Shown piece after piece: positions 9,171-19,750 of a stretch of 64,000 nucleotides of DNA. Numbering within the stretch: the stretch's first letter is position 1; every line of letters starts with the position of its first letter. The DNA is from an uncultured delta proteobacterium (lineage in GTDB: Bacteria; Myxococcota; Myxococcia; Myxococcales; Myxococcaceae). The notes under the pieces are model-generated. The model made no database searches, was not told the origin of the DNA, and saw only the letters and a list, made by a program, of their open reading frames with translations. The DNA is taken from assembly GCA_963796055.1 (NCBI GenBank), contig CAWCKH010000004.1, positions 2,400,001 to 2,464,000 on the forward strand, given 5' to 3'. Made by a program: the position numbers and the translations under genes.

Positions 9171-9314
9171 GCGCCGTCCGAGGCCCCGAAACCCGAAAAG
9201 CCGGACACCCGTCTCGAGGTCCGGCGGAGCATCTCACTCCGGCGACGTTCCCGCCGCGGCCGTCACAGCCGGGAGTTGTCGCTCCCCCCTCGGGGCCCGG
9301 CCGGGCCCGGGTGC

Positions 9315-9821
9315 TCAGCGCTTGCGGAAGCCGACGGCGAGGAACCGACAACCCTCGGCGCCGGCGCGTCCCCAGTGTGCCTCGCCGAGCCGCACCCCAT
9401 GGGCATCCCCGGGGAGGAGCGTGGCGGTGACCTCGCGACCATCCCCCAGCACCGTGGTCATCCTCAGTTGCCCCTCGAGCACGTAGTAGACCTCCTCGGT
9501 CGCCGCGTGCCGGTGAAGCCCGATGGCCGCACCGGGCTCGAGCCGGGCGTCGATCATCAGCTCCAGGCCGCCGTGGAACAGGCCCTCCTCGAGCCCAGCC
9601 TCCTCCGAGAACACCCAGGTGGCGTGGTCTCTGCCGTGCCCCCGCCGCTCCTCACCCTCGGGGAAAGCGCGGTTCTCGTGCACCGCGTTGTACACCACGC
9701 GGGCCATCGCTCCGGAGCGCTTGTTGATCGCCGGCCCGAGCGGCTCGGCGTAGACCCGGGCGCCCGGGACGTGGAACTGCTCGCCGGTGGGGATCTCCGG
9801 CGGCGGGGGGCGGCGGGCCAT
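9315..9821 (-). CDS. Cupin domain protein
   Basis: GLHRHAATEEVYYVLEG...PGDAHG cupin motifs. True start may be further downstream (MARVVYN). Confidence 0.8.
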   Translation of the reverse strand: MARRPPPPEIPTGEQFHVPGARVYAEPLGPAINKRSGAMARVVYNAVHENRAFPEGEERRGHGRDHATWVFSEEAGLEEGLFHGGLELMIDARLEPGAAIGLHRHAATEEVYYVLEGQLRMTTVLGDGREVTATLLPGDAHGVRLGEAHWGRAGAEGCRFLAVGFRKR

Positions 9822-9847
9822 CGAGGCTCCAGCTTAGCCGGGGCGGG

Positions 9848-10675
9848 TCAAGGCAGCAGTTCGTCGGTGTATACGCCGGCGATCCCCTCGGCCCCCAGGG
9901 CCGCCGCTTCGGCGGGATCGTTGATGGTGTGGGTGAGGAGCGGGACTTGTCCGCACAACGCGGCGCAGGCTTCCATCACCTCGGCCCGGGTGACGGTCAG
10001 GGCAAGCAGCGAGGCGCGGCCGGCGAACCGGCGCAGAATCCACCAGGGGTAGCCGCTCCGATAGGTGGTGAAGATGGGCGCGGCAAATCCGCCTGCCCGT
10101 GCCGGCCCGTACTCGTCGAGCCGGTAGATCTGAGGATGGATATGCTCTCGCAGCGGCTGCGGAGCCGCTCCGAGCCGCCGGAGGAGGATGGCGTTCTCTC
10201 CCTTGGTGTCGGTGATCAGCCGGGCGTCGCCGTGACGACCGAACCAGACCAGCACCTGGTCGAGGGTCGGCACGCGGAAGGGCGTGTCCGCCGGCTGGCC
10301 TCGCGGGAGGCCGCGGCCGATCGCGTCCAGGGGGACGCCCGCGACTTGGTGGGCCTGCTGCCAGTCGTGGACCGCCCACCACTCGCCGTCGGAGTCCGGG
10401 AGGAAGTCCATCTCGAACCAGCGAACGCCGCGGGCGTAGTTCTGATCTAGCGCCTCCAGGGCATTGGTGTAGCGCAGAGCGCCGAGGGCTCCGCCGGCGT
10501 GTGCGATGCGGGCGGGCGCTGCGATGTGCAGTGCCGGGGGTGCGGGGGGGAGCCTGGTGAGCTCCCAGGTGCCCTGGACCATCCACCGCGCGCTCCGCAG
10601 GGCCGGCCTCAGCGCCCAGCCGGTCGCGACCACCAGGATGGCGAGGAGAAGCGCGCGCTCAACGCGCCGACGCAT
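9848..10675 (-). CDS. Glycerophosphodiester phosphodiesterase-like protein
   Basis: IAHAGG, YTNALEAL, FEMDF, AVHDW, ITDTK, HTIND, GVYTD pattern of the GDPD TIM barrel. Confidence 0.75.
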   Translation of the reverse strand: MRRRVERALLLAILVVATGWALRPALRSARWMVQGTWELTRLPPAPPALHIAAPARIAHAGGALGALRYTNALEALDQNYARGVRWFEMDFLPDSDGEWWAVHDWQQAHQVAGVPLDAIGRGLPRGQPADTPFRVPTLDQVLVWFGRHGDARLITDTKGENAILLRRLGAAPQPLREHIHPQIYRLDEYGPARAGGFAAPIFTTYRSGYPWWILRRFAGRASLLALTVTRAEVMEACAALCGQVPLLTHTINDPAEAAALGAEGIAGVYTDELLP

Positions 10676-12173
10676 CGAGGCAGTCCTCGAGGAACCGGTG
10701 CAGCGCCGGGAGTTCGTAGGTGCCGGGCAGCGCCTGCACCGGACGGCCTTCCCGGGTGAGCGGCGCGAGGGCCCCGTCCGCAGCGAGCACGCCGAGGAGC
10801 ATCGGGACCGCGTGTTCCTCCGCGCCGTCGCCCGAGTCGAACAGGTCCGAGGGATGGTCGCTGTAGAGCGCCACCAGGGTCGTCGCGTCGCGGGGCAACG
10901 CCCGGAGGAACGTGCCCAGGGCGGCGTCGGCGTAGCCCACCGAGTGGAGGTACCGTGTCATCACCGGCGCGCTTTCCAATGGCCCGCCGGGGATGACCAG
11001 ATCGTAGGGCGCGTGGGTGGACAGGGTGATGAGGAAGTGCACCGCCCTCCGCTCCGCCGGGATGCGCGCGGCGACGTAGCGAAAGAGGTCGCCGTCGGCC
11101 CGTCCCCAGCGAGAGAACTCCGTCTCGGGAATGGATTCGGAGGTATGGAAGTCCGCCCCGAGTGAGGAGAAGAAGGGTCCCCGGTTCCAGAAGTTGGGGT
11201 CGTTGCCGTGGTAGGCGTGGAAGGCGAAGCCCCGCGCGGCAGCGTGCACCGGCAGGGTCTCCGAGCGGTGGTCCCAGCCGACCCGGTAGACCGGGGCGCC
11301 GGAGAGTGGACGCAGCCCGGTGAGGAGCTGGAAGTCGGCGCTCGAGCTCCCGGACACCGACGTGCGCTGGGAGTTGAGCCGACCGCGGGTGGTCGTCTCC
11401 CACAGCCGGAGGAGCACCGGAGCGACCTCTGGCCGGAGGGCCTCCACGTCCAGGCTCTCCATCTGGATGATGAGCAGCCGGTCGACGACCACGGGGTCCA
11501 GCGGGATCGCCGCGGCAGCGTTCTCCGCCGCGTCCCGGCGCAGCTCGGCGAGCACGGCTGCCCTGTTGCCTCCGCGCAGCAGCTCCAGCCCGTCGAGCGT
11601 GGCCGCGGTCTCCAGGCCGTGGGTCCGGACCAGGTCGCGATACTCGGAGAAGCGGAGCATGTCCCGGGTCTGGTAACGGAGGAACGACCGGCCCTGGAGC
11701 AGGGCGAAGAGCCCGGCGGCGGCCAGCGTCGCCAGGCGCAGGTCACGCCCTCGAGGCGAGGGCCCGCGGGCCAGCCAGCCGAGGGCGAACACCGCCGCCG
11801 CAATGCCCCAGGGGACCTCGTGCCAGCCCGGCAGCGGGACCTCGGAGATCTCCTCGAGGTTCATGAAGAGCGCCCCGGGGCGCGGAGGGAGATGGAAGTG
11901 CGAGCCGTGCCAGGCCACGACGGTCCAGGTGAGGCCGTACAGCCCCCAGACCACCAGGAAGCTCCGTCCGCGGAGCGCCTCGCGGGCGACCGAGACGATC
12001 AGCATCGCGCTGCTGAAGCCCATCGCCAGGGGCACCACCCAGGAGCCGGCACCGTGCCCGAGCACCGGTTGGAGGTGAAACACCAGCACCAGGCAGGGCA
12101 GCAGCGCGAGCGTCGAGCGGAGGACGACCTCCCGCCACCACTCCGGTCGGGCGGCGGTGACGAGGGAGAGCAT
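10659..12173 (-). CDS. LTA synthase / sulfatase-family membrane protein
   Basis: N-terminal TMs, IIQMESL, SSSADFQLLTG, HGNDPNFWNR, ITLSTHAPY, YSDH. Overlaps the next gene. Confidence 0.8.
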   Translation of the reverse strand: MLSLVTAARPEWWREVVLRSTLALLPCLVLVFHLQPVLGHGAGSWVVPLAMGFSSAMLIVSVAREALRGRSFLVVWGLYGLTWTVVAWHGSHFHLPPRPGALFMNLEEISEVPLPGWHEVPWGIAAAVFALGWLARGPSPRGRDLRLATLAAAGLFALLQGRSFLRYQTRDMLRFSEYRDLVRTHGLETAATLDGLELLRGGNRAAVLAELRRDAAENAAAAIPLDPVVVDRLLIIQMESLDVEALRPEVAPVLLRLWETTTRGRLNSQRTSVSGSSSADFQLLTGLRPLSGAPVYRVGWDHRSETLPVHAAARGFAFHAYHGNDPNFWNRGPFFSSLGADFHTSESIPETEFSRWGRADGDLFRYVAARIPAERRAVHFLITLSTHAPYDLVIPGGPLESAPVMTRYLHSVGYADAALGTFLRALPRDATTLVALYSDHPSDLFDSGDGAEEHAVPMLLGVLAADGALAPLTREGRPVQALPGTYELPALHRFLEDCLDASAR

Positions 12174-12405
12174 CGTCGAAGCCTGGGCAGCGGGGCCCGG
12201 CTCCCCTTGACCGGCGAGGTGATGGGCAGGACGGATGGGGTCTTCCTCCGGCGAGAGGCGGGACACTAGTGGGAAGCCCGGAGGAGGCCAACGCGCCTCC
12301 CCCCGGGTCGGGCCGTCACCACGCCGACCGCGCGGGAGCCCTGGTGCGCGGGGCGGCCGGCGGTGTTTCATCCCCCGCTGCGGGCTCCTCCCGCCAGGAG
12401 ACGAC

Positions 12406-12942
12406 ATGGGAATTCTCCGCCGGCTCCTTCGGGGCCGCGGCAGCTCGCCCGGGTCCGGTCCGGCTGCTCAGTTCACCGGGGCCGAGGCGGTCGCCAGGTG
12501 GCGGTACCTGCTCGCCACCACGCCTCCGGAGGCGCTGTCGGCTGCCCACGCCGATGGGCTGGCTGCGGTCGGGGACAATCCCCGGGCCGAGGTGCTGCAG
12601 CGGCTGCGCGCGGCGCTCTCGGTGCTCGAGCCAGGGGAGGTCGTCCCTGCCGACCCGGCGGTGCTGATGCGCGCGGCGACACGCGCTGAACGACGTGTTC
12701 CCGGGTTCCTCGAACGCGCGCTGGCCACCGATGCGCGGGGGCGGCAGCTGCTCGCCGGGCTCGCCGCAGCGGTGGTGGGCAGTTCCGCCGGGGCGCCCTT
12801 CCTCCGCGGCTACGAGCCCGGGCTCGGCGGCGAAGCGCTCGCCGACCGGCGGGCGCCCGACTTCGACGTCGAGACTCCGGACCCGTCCGGACAGGGGACG
12901 GCGCACGACGACCTGCACGACGACCTGGACGACGAGGACTGA
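12406..12942 (+). CDS. Hypothetical protein with acidic C-terminal tail
   Basis: AGGAG RBS and GC-rich third positions. Contains AVARWRYLLATTPPE; ends HDDLHDDLDDED. Confidence 0.65.
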   Translation: MGILRRLLRGRGSSPGSGPAAQFTGAEAVARWRYLLATTPPEALSAAHADGLAAVGDNPRAEVLQRLRAALSVLEPGEVVPADPAVLMRAATRAERRVPGFLERALATDARGRQLLAGLAAAVVGSSAGAPFLRGYEPGLGGEALADRRAPDFDVETPDPSGQGTAHDDLHDDLDDED

Positions 12943-12955
12943 GACGGTCGGCCGG

Positions 12956-13423
12956 TTAGGGTGCCGTCGACTCGGCGGGGCGCACCTCGGACACGGCCGG
13001 CCGGTACGGGCGGAGGATGGCATCCCCCACCGGCGCTCCGGCGCGCGTCTCGATCCGGAAACGGTGGGGCTCTCCTCTCCAGAGGAGGTTGTGGAGCCCG
13101 CCGATGAAACGAAATCCCTCCGAGGCCAGGTCGATGTCCACCCGCCCCGTACGCCAGGACACGCGTCGCGTTCCGCGGACCGGGGAGGTCAGACCATCGA
13201 GCGATACCTCGCCCTCGGTCTCCATCGCGCCCGACTCGAGCAGCCGGCGCGCGCTGGCTGCGGTGTGCCGCAACACCAGCTCGATCGGCCGATCCAGCGC
13301 CTCGCCATCGCGGCGCCAGGTGCCCTGCAGGGTCTCGGTGAAATCCACCGCCCCCTTCGCGGAGAGCCGTCGGGCCCAGTCCGGCAGGAGCATCAGCGCC
13401 TCGGCGCGCGACGATGTCATCAC
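12956..13423 (-). CDS. Hypothetical protein
   Basis: GGAGG upstream and plausible codon usage; fills the gap between neighbours. No family recognised. Confidence 0.55.
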   Translation of the reverse strand: MMTSSRAEALMLLPDWARRLSAKGAVDFTETLQGTWRRDGEALDRPIELVLRHTAASARRLLESGAMETEGEVSLDGLTSPVRGTRRVSWRTGRVDIDLASEGFRFIGGLHNLLWRGEPHRFRIETRAGAPVGDAILRPYRPAVSEVRPAESTAP

Positions 13424-13624
13424 GACAGGAACCTCCCCTTGGGCACAGCAGGGGAGAGCAGACCACTTCGGGGGCGTGGGTTGTCAACGGACGTACCCCC
13501 AGTGAACCACTCCTGCAGTGCGGCGTGCGGCAGGGACGCGCGGAATGTCAGTGAGTCCCAAGTGTTGCGGGGCCCGAGGCGAGGAACTTAGAGTCCGCCG
13601 CCCGCACAAGCCCAGGAGCGACTT

Positions 13625-14614
<990 letters not shown>

Positions 14615-14622
14615 AGCAGCCG

Positions 14623-14864
14623 AGTGCCTCGACCCGGCTGTAGTGAGCACAGCGAGATGGCAGAGACCGAAGCGAGACGGCGCACACGAGGCATGAGCAG
14701 CGGAGGCGTGCCTCGTGGCAGTGAGCCTGGACGCGCCGCGCCCCTGCGCGGCCCCGCGAGCCTCCCCCTGGTGCCGGGGACGTCGAGCAGCGCAGAGCCG
14801 AGTCTGCGCGTCGAAGCGAGAGGATCGGCCATCGCCGCGGTCAGTACGGCCGGGTCGAGGCACT
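14623..14864. mobile_element. MITE-like / REP-type non-autonomous element with 24-bp terminal inverted repeats
   Basis: AGTGCCTCGACCCGGCTGTAGTGA (14623-14646) matches the reverse complement of 14841-14864 at 22 of 24 positions. Internal hairpins present, CGAG/CTAG ends, no transposase. Confidence 0.65.
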
Positions 14865-14866
14865 AG

Positions 14867-15748
14867 ATGCTTCCCCGGGAGCTCATCCGGCGGATCCGCC
14901 GCCTGGAGATCGCCACCCGCCAGGTCGTCTCCGCGCTCCTGGCCGGCCAGTACCACTCCGTCTTCAAGGGGCGGGGGATGGCGTTCAGCGAGGTGAGGCC
15001 CTACCAGCCGGGCGACGACATCCGATCGATCGACTGGAACGTGACCGCGCGCACCAGCGCCCCGCACGTGAAGGTCTTCACCGAGGAGCGCGAGCTCACC
15101 GTGGTCCTCCTGGTCGACGTGTCGGCCTCGGAGGAGTTCGGCTCGCGGGGGACGCGCAAGTCGGAGATGGCGGCCGAGGTCGCGGCCCAGATCGCCTTCT
15201 CGGCCATCGCCAACAACGACCGGGTGGGCCTGCTGCTCTTCAGCGACCGGGTGGAGAAGGTGATTCCCCCGCGCAAGGGCAGAAAGCACGTGCTGCGGCT
15301 GGTGAGCGACATCCTCTCCTTCCGGCCCGAGGGGAAGGGGACCGACCTGTCGCTGGCCCTGGGCTGGCTGTCGCGGGTGACGAAACGGCGGACGGTGCTC
15401 TTCGTCGTCTCCGACTTCCTGCTCGAGGGCGTAGAGGCCCCGCTGCGCACCGCGCGGATGAAGCACGACGTGGTCCCGGTGGTGTTGCGCGACCCGATGG
15501 AGGAGGCCTTCCCCGCGCTGGGGCTGGTGGAGGTGGAGGACCCCGAGACGGGCGAGCGCGCGCTGGTGGACAGCGCCTCTCCCGCAGTCCAGAGGGCGTT
15601 CCAGGCGGCGGTGGCCCACGCCCGGGCCGAGCGCACCCGGGTGTTCCGCAAGCTCGAGCTGGACTCGGTGGAGCTCCGCGCCGGCGAGGACCACGGGGAG
15701 GCGCTGGTCCGCTTCTTCCGCGCCCGGGCCCGGAGGCTGGCGGCGTGA
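14867..15748 (+). CDS. DUF58 family protein (MoxR-associated, vWA-like)
   Basis: GQYHSVFKGRGMAFSEVRPYQPGDDIRSIDWNVTAR, VDVSAS, VVSDF. Confidence 0.93.
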   Translation: MLPRELIRRIRRLEIATRQVVSALLAGQYHSVFKGRGMAFSEVRPYQPGDDIRSIDWNVTARTSAPHVKVFTEERELTVVLLVDVSASEEFGSRGTRKSEMAAEVAAQIAFSAIANNDRVGLLLFSDRVEKVIPPRKGRKHVLRLVSDILSFRPEGKGTDLSLALGWLSRVTKRRTVLFVVSDFLLEGVEAPLRTARMKHDVVPVVLRDPMEEAFPALGLVEVEDPETGERALVDSASPAVQRAFQAAVAHARAERTRVFRKLELDSVELRAGEDHGEALVRFFRARARRLAA

Positions 15749-16827
15749 GCGCGGGGCGACGTTCCGGGGCACGCCATCCGGGCGCGAGCGCTCCGGCCCC
15801 GGCCGCTCTGCGCGGGGCGATGGGCCTCGGCGCGCTGCTCCTCCTCGCCGCTCCGCTGCCGCTGCTGGCACAGCCGGCGCCGGGCGCTCCCGTCGCCGGG
15901 GCGCAGGACGCCGGCCCGGAGCGCACGGTGCAGCCGCTCTCGGTGGACCGCCAGGTCATCCCCGAGACGGTGCGGCTGGGCGAGCCGTTCGTCTACCGGC
16001 TCACCGTTCACCATCCACCCGGGCAGCGCTGGGAATTGCGGACCCCGCGCGACCTCGGCGGCTACGAGGTCCTGGAGCAGAGCCGCACGCGCTCCGACGC
16101 CAAGACCGAGAGCACCACCACCTACTTGCTGAAGATGGCGCTCTTCGAGCTCGGCAGCCACGTGCTCCCCACCCTGACCTTCGACGTGGTGGACGCCTCG
16201 GGCGCCGGGGTCGCCCGTATCGACGGCCCGGACATCGAGGGGAAGAGCAGCCTTCCCAAGGACGCCGACCAGCTCGGCGCGAAGCTGGAGGACATCAAGC
16301 CCAACGAGGACGTGCCGGTCCGCAGTCTGCGACTGCTGTGGTGGCTCGCCGGCGCAGCGGCGCTCGCCGCCCTCCTCTGGTTTGCCCGCCGCGCCTGGCT
16401 CTCCCGGCCGAGGCGGGCCGCTCCCGCCGCGCCGCTGCTCCCGCTGGAGGAGCGGACGCTGCAGGCGCTGGGCGCGCTGGAGGCGGAGGGGCTTCCCCAG
16501 CGCGGGCTGCAGCGGGAGTTCCACTTCCGGCTCAACGCGCTGGTCCGTGCCTACCTCGGCGAACGCTTCGCCTTCGACGCGCTGGAGTGCACCAGCGGCG
16601 AGCTGCTCCGTGAGGTGGAGCGGCGCGGGCTGCCCGGCGTGGACCCGGATGGGCTCCGGCGCTTCGTGGATCAGTGCGACGTCGCCCGGTACGCGCGGGG
16701 GGAGGTCCCGGTCCCGGCCTGCGCCGGCGCGCTGGCGTTCGCCCGGGCGCTGGTCGAGGCCACCCGCCTGCGGCCCCCGCCCACGGCTCCCGGCCCGCCG
16801 CCAGCGCCGGAGGTCGCGCCGGCGTGA
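15745..16827 (+). CDS. Bat-operon membrane protein (BatD-like/DUF4381-like)
   Basis: Signal-like segment, single TM, C-terminal RAYLGERF...ECTSGELL...DVARYA typical of the gene between DUF58 and batA. Start uncertain. Confidence 0.7.
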   Translation: MSAGRRSGARHPGASAPAPAALRGAMGLGALLLLAAPLPLLAQPAPGAPVAGAQDAGPERTVQPLSVDRQVIPETVRLGEPFVYRLTVHHPPGQRWELRTPRDLGGYEVLEQSRTRSDAKTESTTTYLLKMALFELGSHVLPTLTFDVVDASGAGVARIDGPDIEGKSSLPKDADQLGAKLEDIKPNEDVPVRSLRLLWWLAGAAALAALLWFARRAWLSRPRRAAPAAPLLPLEERTLQALGALEAEGLPQRGLQREFHFRLNALVRAYLGERFAFDALECTSGELLREVERRGLPGVDPDGLRRFVDQCDVARYARGEVPVPACAGALAFARALVEATRLRPPPTAPGPPPAPEVAPA

Positions 16828-17834
16828 CGGCGTTCACCTGGAAGAGCCCGGAGGCGTTCTGGCTCCTGCTGCTGGTGCCGCTGGTGGGCGCCTGCTCGGT
16901 GTGGGCCGCCCGGCAGCGTCTGGCGGCGCTGCGCTACCCGGTCGCCCGGGCCCTGGCCGCGGGAGGCCCGGGGTTCCGGGGCATCCTCCGCCAGGGCCTC
17001 CCGCTCCTCCGGATGGCGGCGGTCGCCCTGGCCGTGGTCGCGCTGGCCAGACCGCAGTCGGTGGGGGCCCGGGTGAGGGACCTCTCGGTGGAGGGCATCG
17101 ACATCATGATCGCCCTCGACCTCTCCACCTCGATGGAGGCCGCCGACTTCCGGCCGAACAACCGGATCTTCGTGGCCAAGGAGACCTTGAACGAGGTCCT
17201 CTCCAGGCGGGTGAACGACCGCATCGGCCTGGTGGTCTTCGCCGGCGCGGCTTACACCCAGGCGCCGCTCACCCTCGACTACGGCGTGCTCCGCGAGGTG
17301 GTGAAGCAGCTCCGGACCCGGGTCCTCGAGGACGGAACGGCGATCGGCGACGCGCTGGCGGTCTCGCTCAACCGCCTCCGCGACTCGGATGCGAAGAGCA
17401 AGGTGGTGATTCTCATCACCGACGGCGACAACAACGCCGGGCGCATCTCTCCGCTCGACGCCGCGGGGATGGCCAGGGCGCTGCACATCCCGGTGTTCAC
17501 CATCCTGGTGGGCAAGGGCGGAAAGGTGCCCTTCCCCGACGGCACCGACCTGTTCGGGAACACCAGCTACCGGGAGCTGGAGATCGCCATCAACCCCAGG
17601 CTGCTCCAGCAGATCTCCAGAACCACCGGCGCCGAGTACTACCGGGCGACCGACCGTGAATCGCTCCGCGCTGGCCTGAGCGCCGTCCTCGACCGGCTGG
17701 ACAAGAGCAAGCTCCTCGAGGGCGGAGCGTCCGCCAACTCCAAGGAGGAGTTCCCCCCCTTCCTGCTCGCCGCCTTCGTCTGCGCGGGGCTGGAGCTGCT
17801 GCTGCGTTCCACCGTGCTCCGGGTGTTCCCGTGA
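16824..17834 (+). CDS. batA: BatA-like vWA domain membrane protein
   Basis: ALARPQ, MIDAS DLSTSM, DRIGLVVFAG, TAIGDAL, ILITDGDNNAG. GTGA overlap with the upstream gene. Confidence 0.9.
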   Translation: MTAFTWKSPEAFWLLLLVPLVGACSVWAARQRLAALRYPVARALAAGGPGFRGILRQGLPLLRMAAVALAVVALARPQSVGARVRDLSVEGIDIMIALDLSTSMEAADFRPNNRIFVAKETLNEVLSRRVNDRIGLVVFAGAAYTQAPLTLDYGVLREVVKQLRTRVLEDGTAIGDALAVSLNRLRDSDAKSKVVILITDGDNNAGRISPLDAAGMARALHIPVFTILVGKGGKVPFPDGTDLFGNTSYRELEIAINPRLLQQISRTTGAEYYRATDRESLRAGLSAVLDRLDKSKLLEGGASANSKEEFPPFLLAAFVCAGLELLLRSTVLRVFP

Positions 17835-19750
17835 GCGCACCCACCGCCTGGCACCTCACCGTGCTCGGGTACCCGGTGGGGCTGGGCGCCCCGGAGTGGC
17901 TCCTGCTCGGCCTGGTGGCACTGGTGGTGGGAGGGCTGGCGGCGGCGGCGGCCGTCCGGCGGCGCGCGCGGGTGCGGCGGCTCCTCGGCGAGCGGCTGGG
18001 GGACAGCCTCGCCCCCGGGGTGGAGGTGGCCCGGCCGGTGGTGCGGGCGCTCTCCACCGGCCTGTCGCTCCTCCTCTTCTCCCTGGCGCTGGCCCAGCCG
18101 CAGTGCGGGAGCCGCGCCGAGCTGACCAGGAAGCGGGGCATCGACGTGGTGGTGGCGCTCGACGCCAGCAAGTCGATGCGCGCGCGCGACGTGCTCCCCA
18201 GCCGGCTGGAGCGGGCCAAGCTGGAGCTGTCCACCCTGCTCGACGAGCTGAAGGGCGACCGGGTGGCCATCGTGGCCTTCGCCGGGGACGCCTTCGTGCA
18301 GTGTCCGCTCACCTCGGACTACGCCGCGGCCAAGCTCTTTCTCAAGGCCATCGACCCCGAGCAGATGCAGGAGGGCGGGACCAACATCGGGGCAGCGCTG
18401 CTCACCGCGCTGCGTGTCTTGGAAGGCGCCGACCGGGGGGCGAAGGACCGGGTGGTGGTGCTGCTCTCGGACGGCGAGGACCTCTCGGGCGAGGTGGGCG
18501 AGGCCATCGAGGCCCTCAAGGCGGCGGGGATCAAGGTCTTCACCGTCGGCATCGGAAGCACCACCGGCGAGCCCATCCCGGTGCTCGACAAGCAGGGCGA
18601 GCGCGCGGGGTACATGAAGGACCCGACGACGGGTCAGACGGTGCTGAGCAAGCTGGACGAGGCCGGCCTCGAGTCCATCGCCCAGGCCACCGGCGGCGAG
18701 TACTTCCACCGGAGCGGCGCGGTGGCCGTCCCCGAGGTCGCCGCCCGCATCGACCGGCTCCAGAAGACCGAGCTCGAGAGCCGAATCACCATCCGCTACG
18801 ACGAGCGGTTCCAGGCATTCCTCCTCCCCGGGCTGGTGCTCCTGGTCCTGGCCATGCTCGCGGGCGCACCGTGGCGGCGGCGTGGCACGGGCGGGCTGCT
18901 CGGCGCAGCGCTGTTGCTTCTCGCCCCGCCGGCGCGGGCGCTCGGCCCGTTCGAGGCCAACCCCCCCGGGGTGGAGCGGGGGCTCAAGGCCTACGACGAC
19001 GGCCGCTTCGAGGACGCGCTGCGCGCGTTCACCGCTGCCGAACAGGAGGCGCCCGGGCACCCCGCGCTGGAGTACAACCGGGGCAACGCGCTGTACCGGC
19101 TGGGGCGGTACGACGAGGCGAGAGAGGCGTACCGGCGGGCGGCCGAGGCCGCGGGTACGTCGCTCAAGGAACGAGACCTGTACAACATGGGCAACGCCCT
19201 GGCGCAGCTCGGTGACACCCAGGGCGCCATCACCGCCTACCGGAAGGCGCTGGTGCTCGAGCCGCGCGACGAGGCGGCCCGGCACAACCTCGAGGTGCTG
19301 CTCCGGAAGATTCCGCCACCGAAGTCACAGTCCGGTGATGGAGGGACGGACGGCGGGCGTCCGGATGGTGGGCCCCAGGACGGAGGCTCGGACGGCGGAC
19401 AGGGCGACGGAGGGCAGAGCGGGGACGGCGGGACGCAGCGCGGTGATGCCGGGACGCGCGGGGGTGGCGACGGCGGGCAGGCCGATGGCGGCTCCCGGGC
19501 GGAGCAGCAGCGCGCCCGAGGCGGCGGGCAGGATGGGGGACCGGACGCGGGCCAGCGCCCGGAGGAGCCCGACGGCGGCGCGCCGGAGCCGGAGGCGCTC
19601 CGGGACGGTGGGGTGGGCAGGGCCGGAGGGTTCGACCGGAGCGAGGCCGAGCGGCTGCTCGATGCCATGCGACAGAACGAAAGGAATCTGCAGCTCTGGC
19701 GGTTCCAGCAGAAGAAGAGGCAAAGAAAGCCCAATGAGAAGGACTGGTAG
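17831..19750 (+). CDS. BatB-BatC fusion (vWA + TPR + low-complexity DGG linker)
   Basis: DASKSM MIDAS, LLSDGED, TPRs (YNRGNALY, YNMGNALA, ARHNLE), C-terminal AERLLDAM...EKDW as in BatC. Confidence 0.88.
   Translation: MSAPTAWHLTVLGYPVGLGAPEWLLLGLVALVVGGLAAAAAVRRRARVRRLLGERLGDSLAPGVEVARPVVRALSTGLSLLLFSLALAQPQCGSRAELTRKRGIDVVVALDASKSMRARDVLPSRLERAKLELSTLLDELKGDRVAIVAFAGDAFVQCPLTSDYAAAKLFLKAIDPEQMQEGGTNIGAALLTALRVLEGADRGAKDRVVVLLSDGEDLSGEVGEAIEALKAAGIKVFTVGIGSTTGEPIPVLDKQGERAGYMKDPTTGQTVLSKLDEAGLESIAQATGGEYFHRSGAVAVPEVAARIDRLQKTELESRITIRYDERFQAFLLPGLVLLVLAMLAGAPWRRRGTGGLLGAALLLLAPPARALGPFEANPPGVERGLKAYDDGRFEDALRAFTAAEQEAPGHPALEYNRGNALYRLGRYDEAREAYRRAAEAAGTSLKERDLYNMGNALAQLGDTQGAITAYRKALVLEPRDEAARHNLEVLLRKIPPPKSQSGDGGTDGGRPDGGPQDGGSDGGQGDGGQSGDGGTQRGDAGTRGGGDGGQADGGSRAEQQRARGGGQDGGPDAGQRPEEPDGGAPEPEALRDGGVGRAGGFDRSEAERLLDAMRQNERNLQLWRFQQKKRQRKPNEKDW

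Noticed and set aside
14624..14866. 80-aa ORF spanning the moxR-DUF58 gap
   Set aside because: It coincides with the inverted-repeat element, has atypical codon usage and no recognisable motif.
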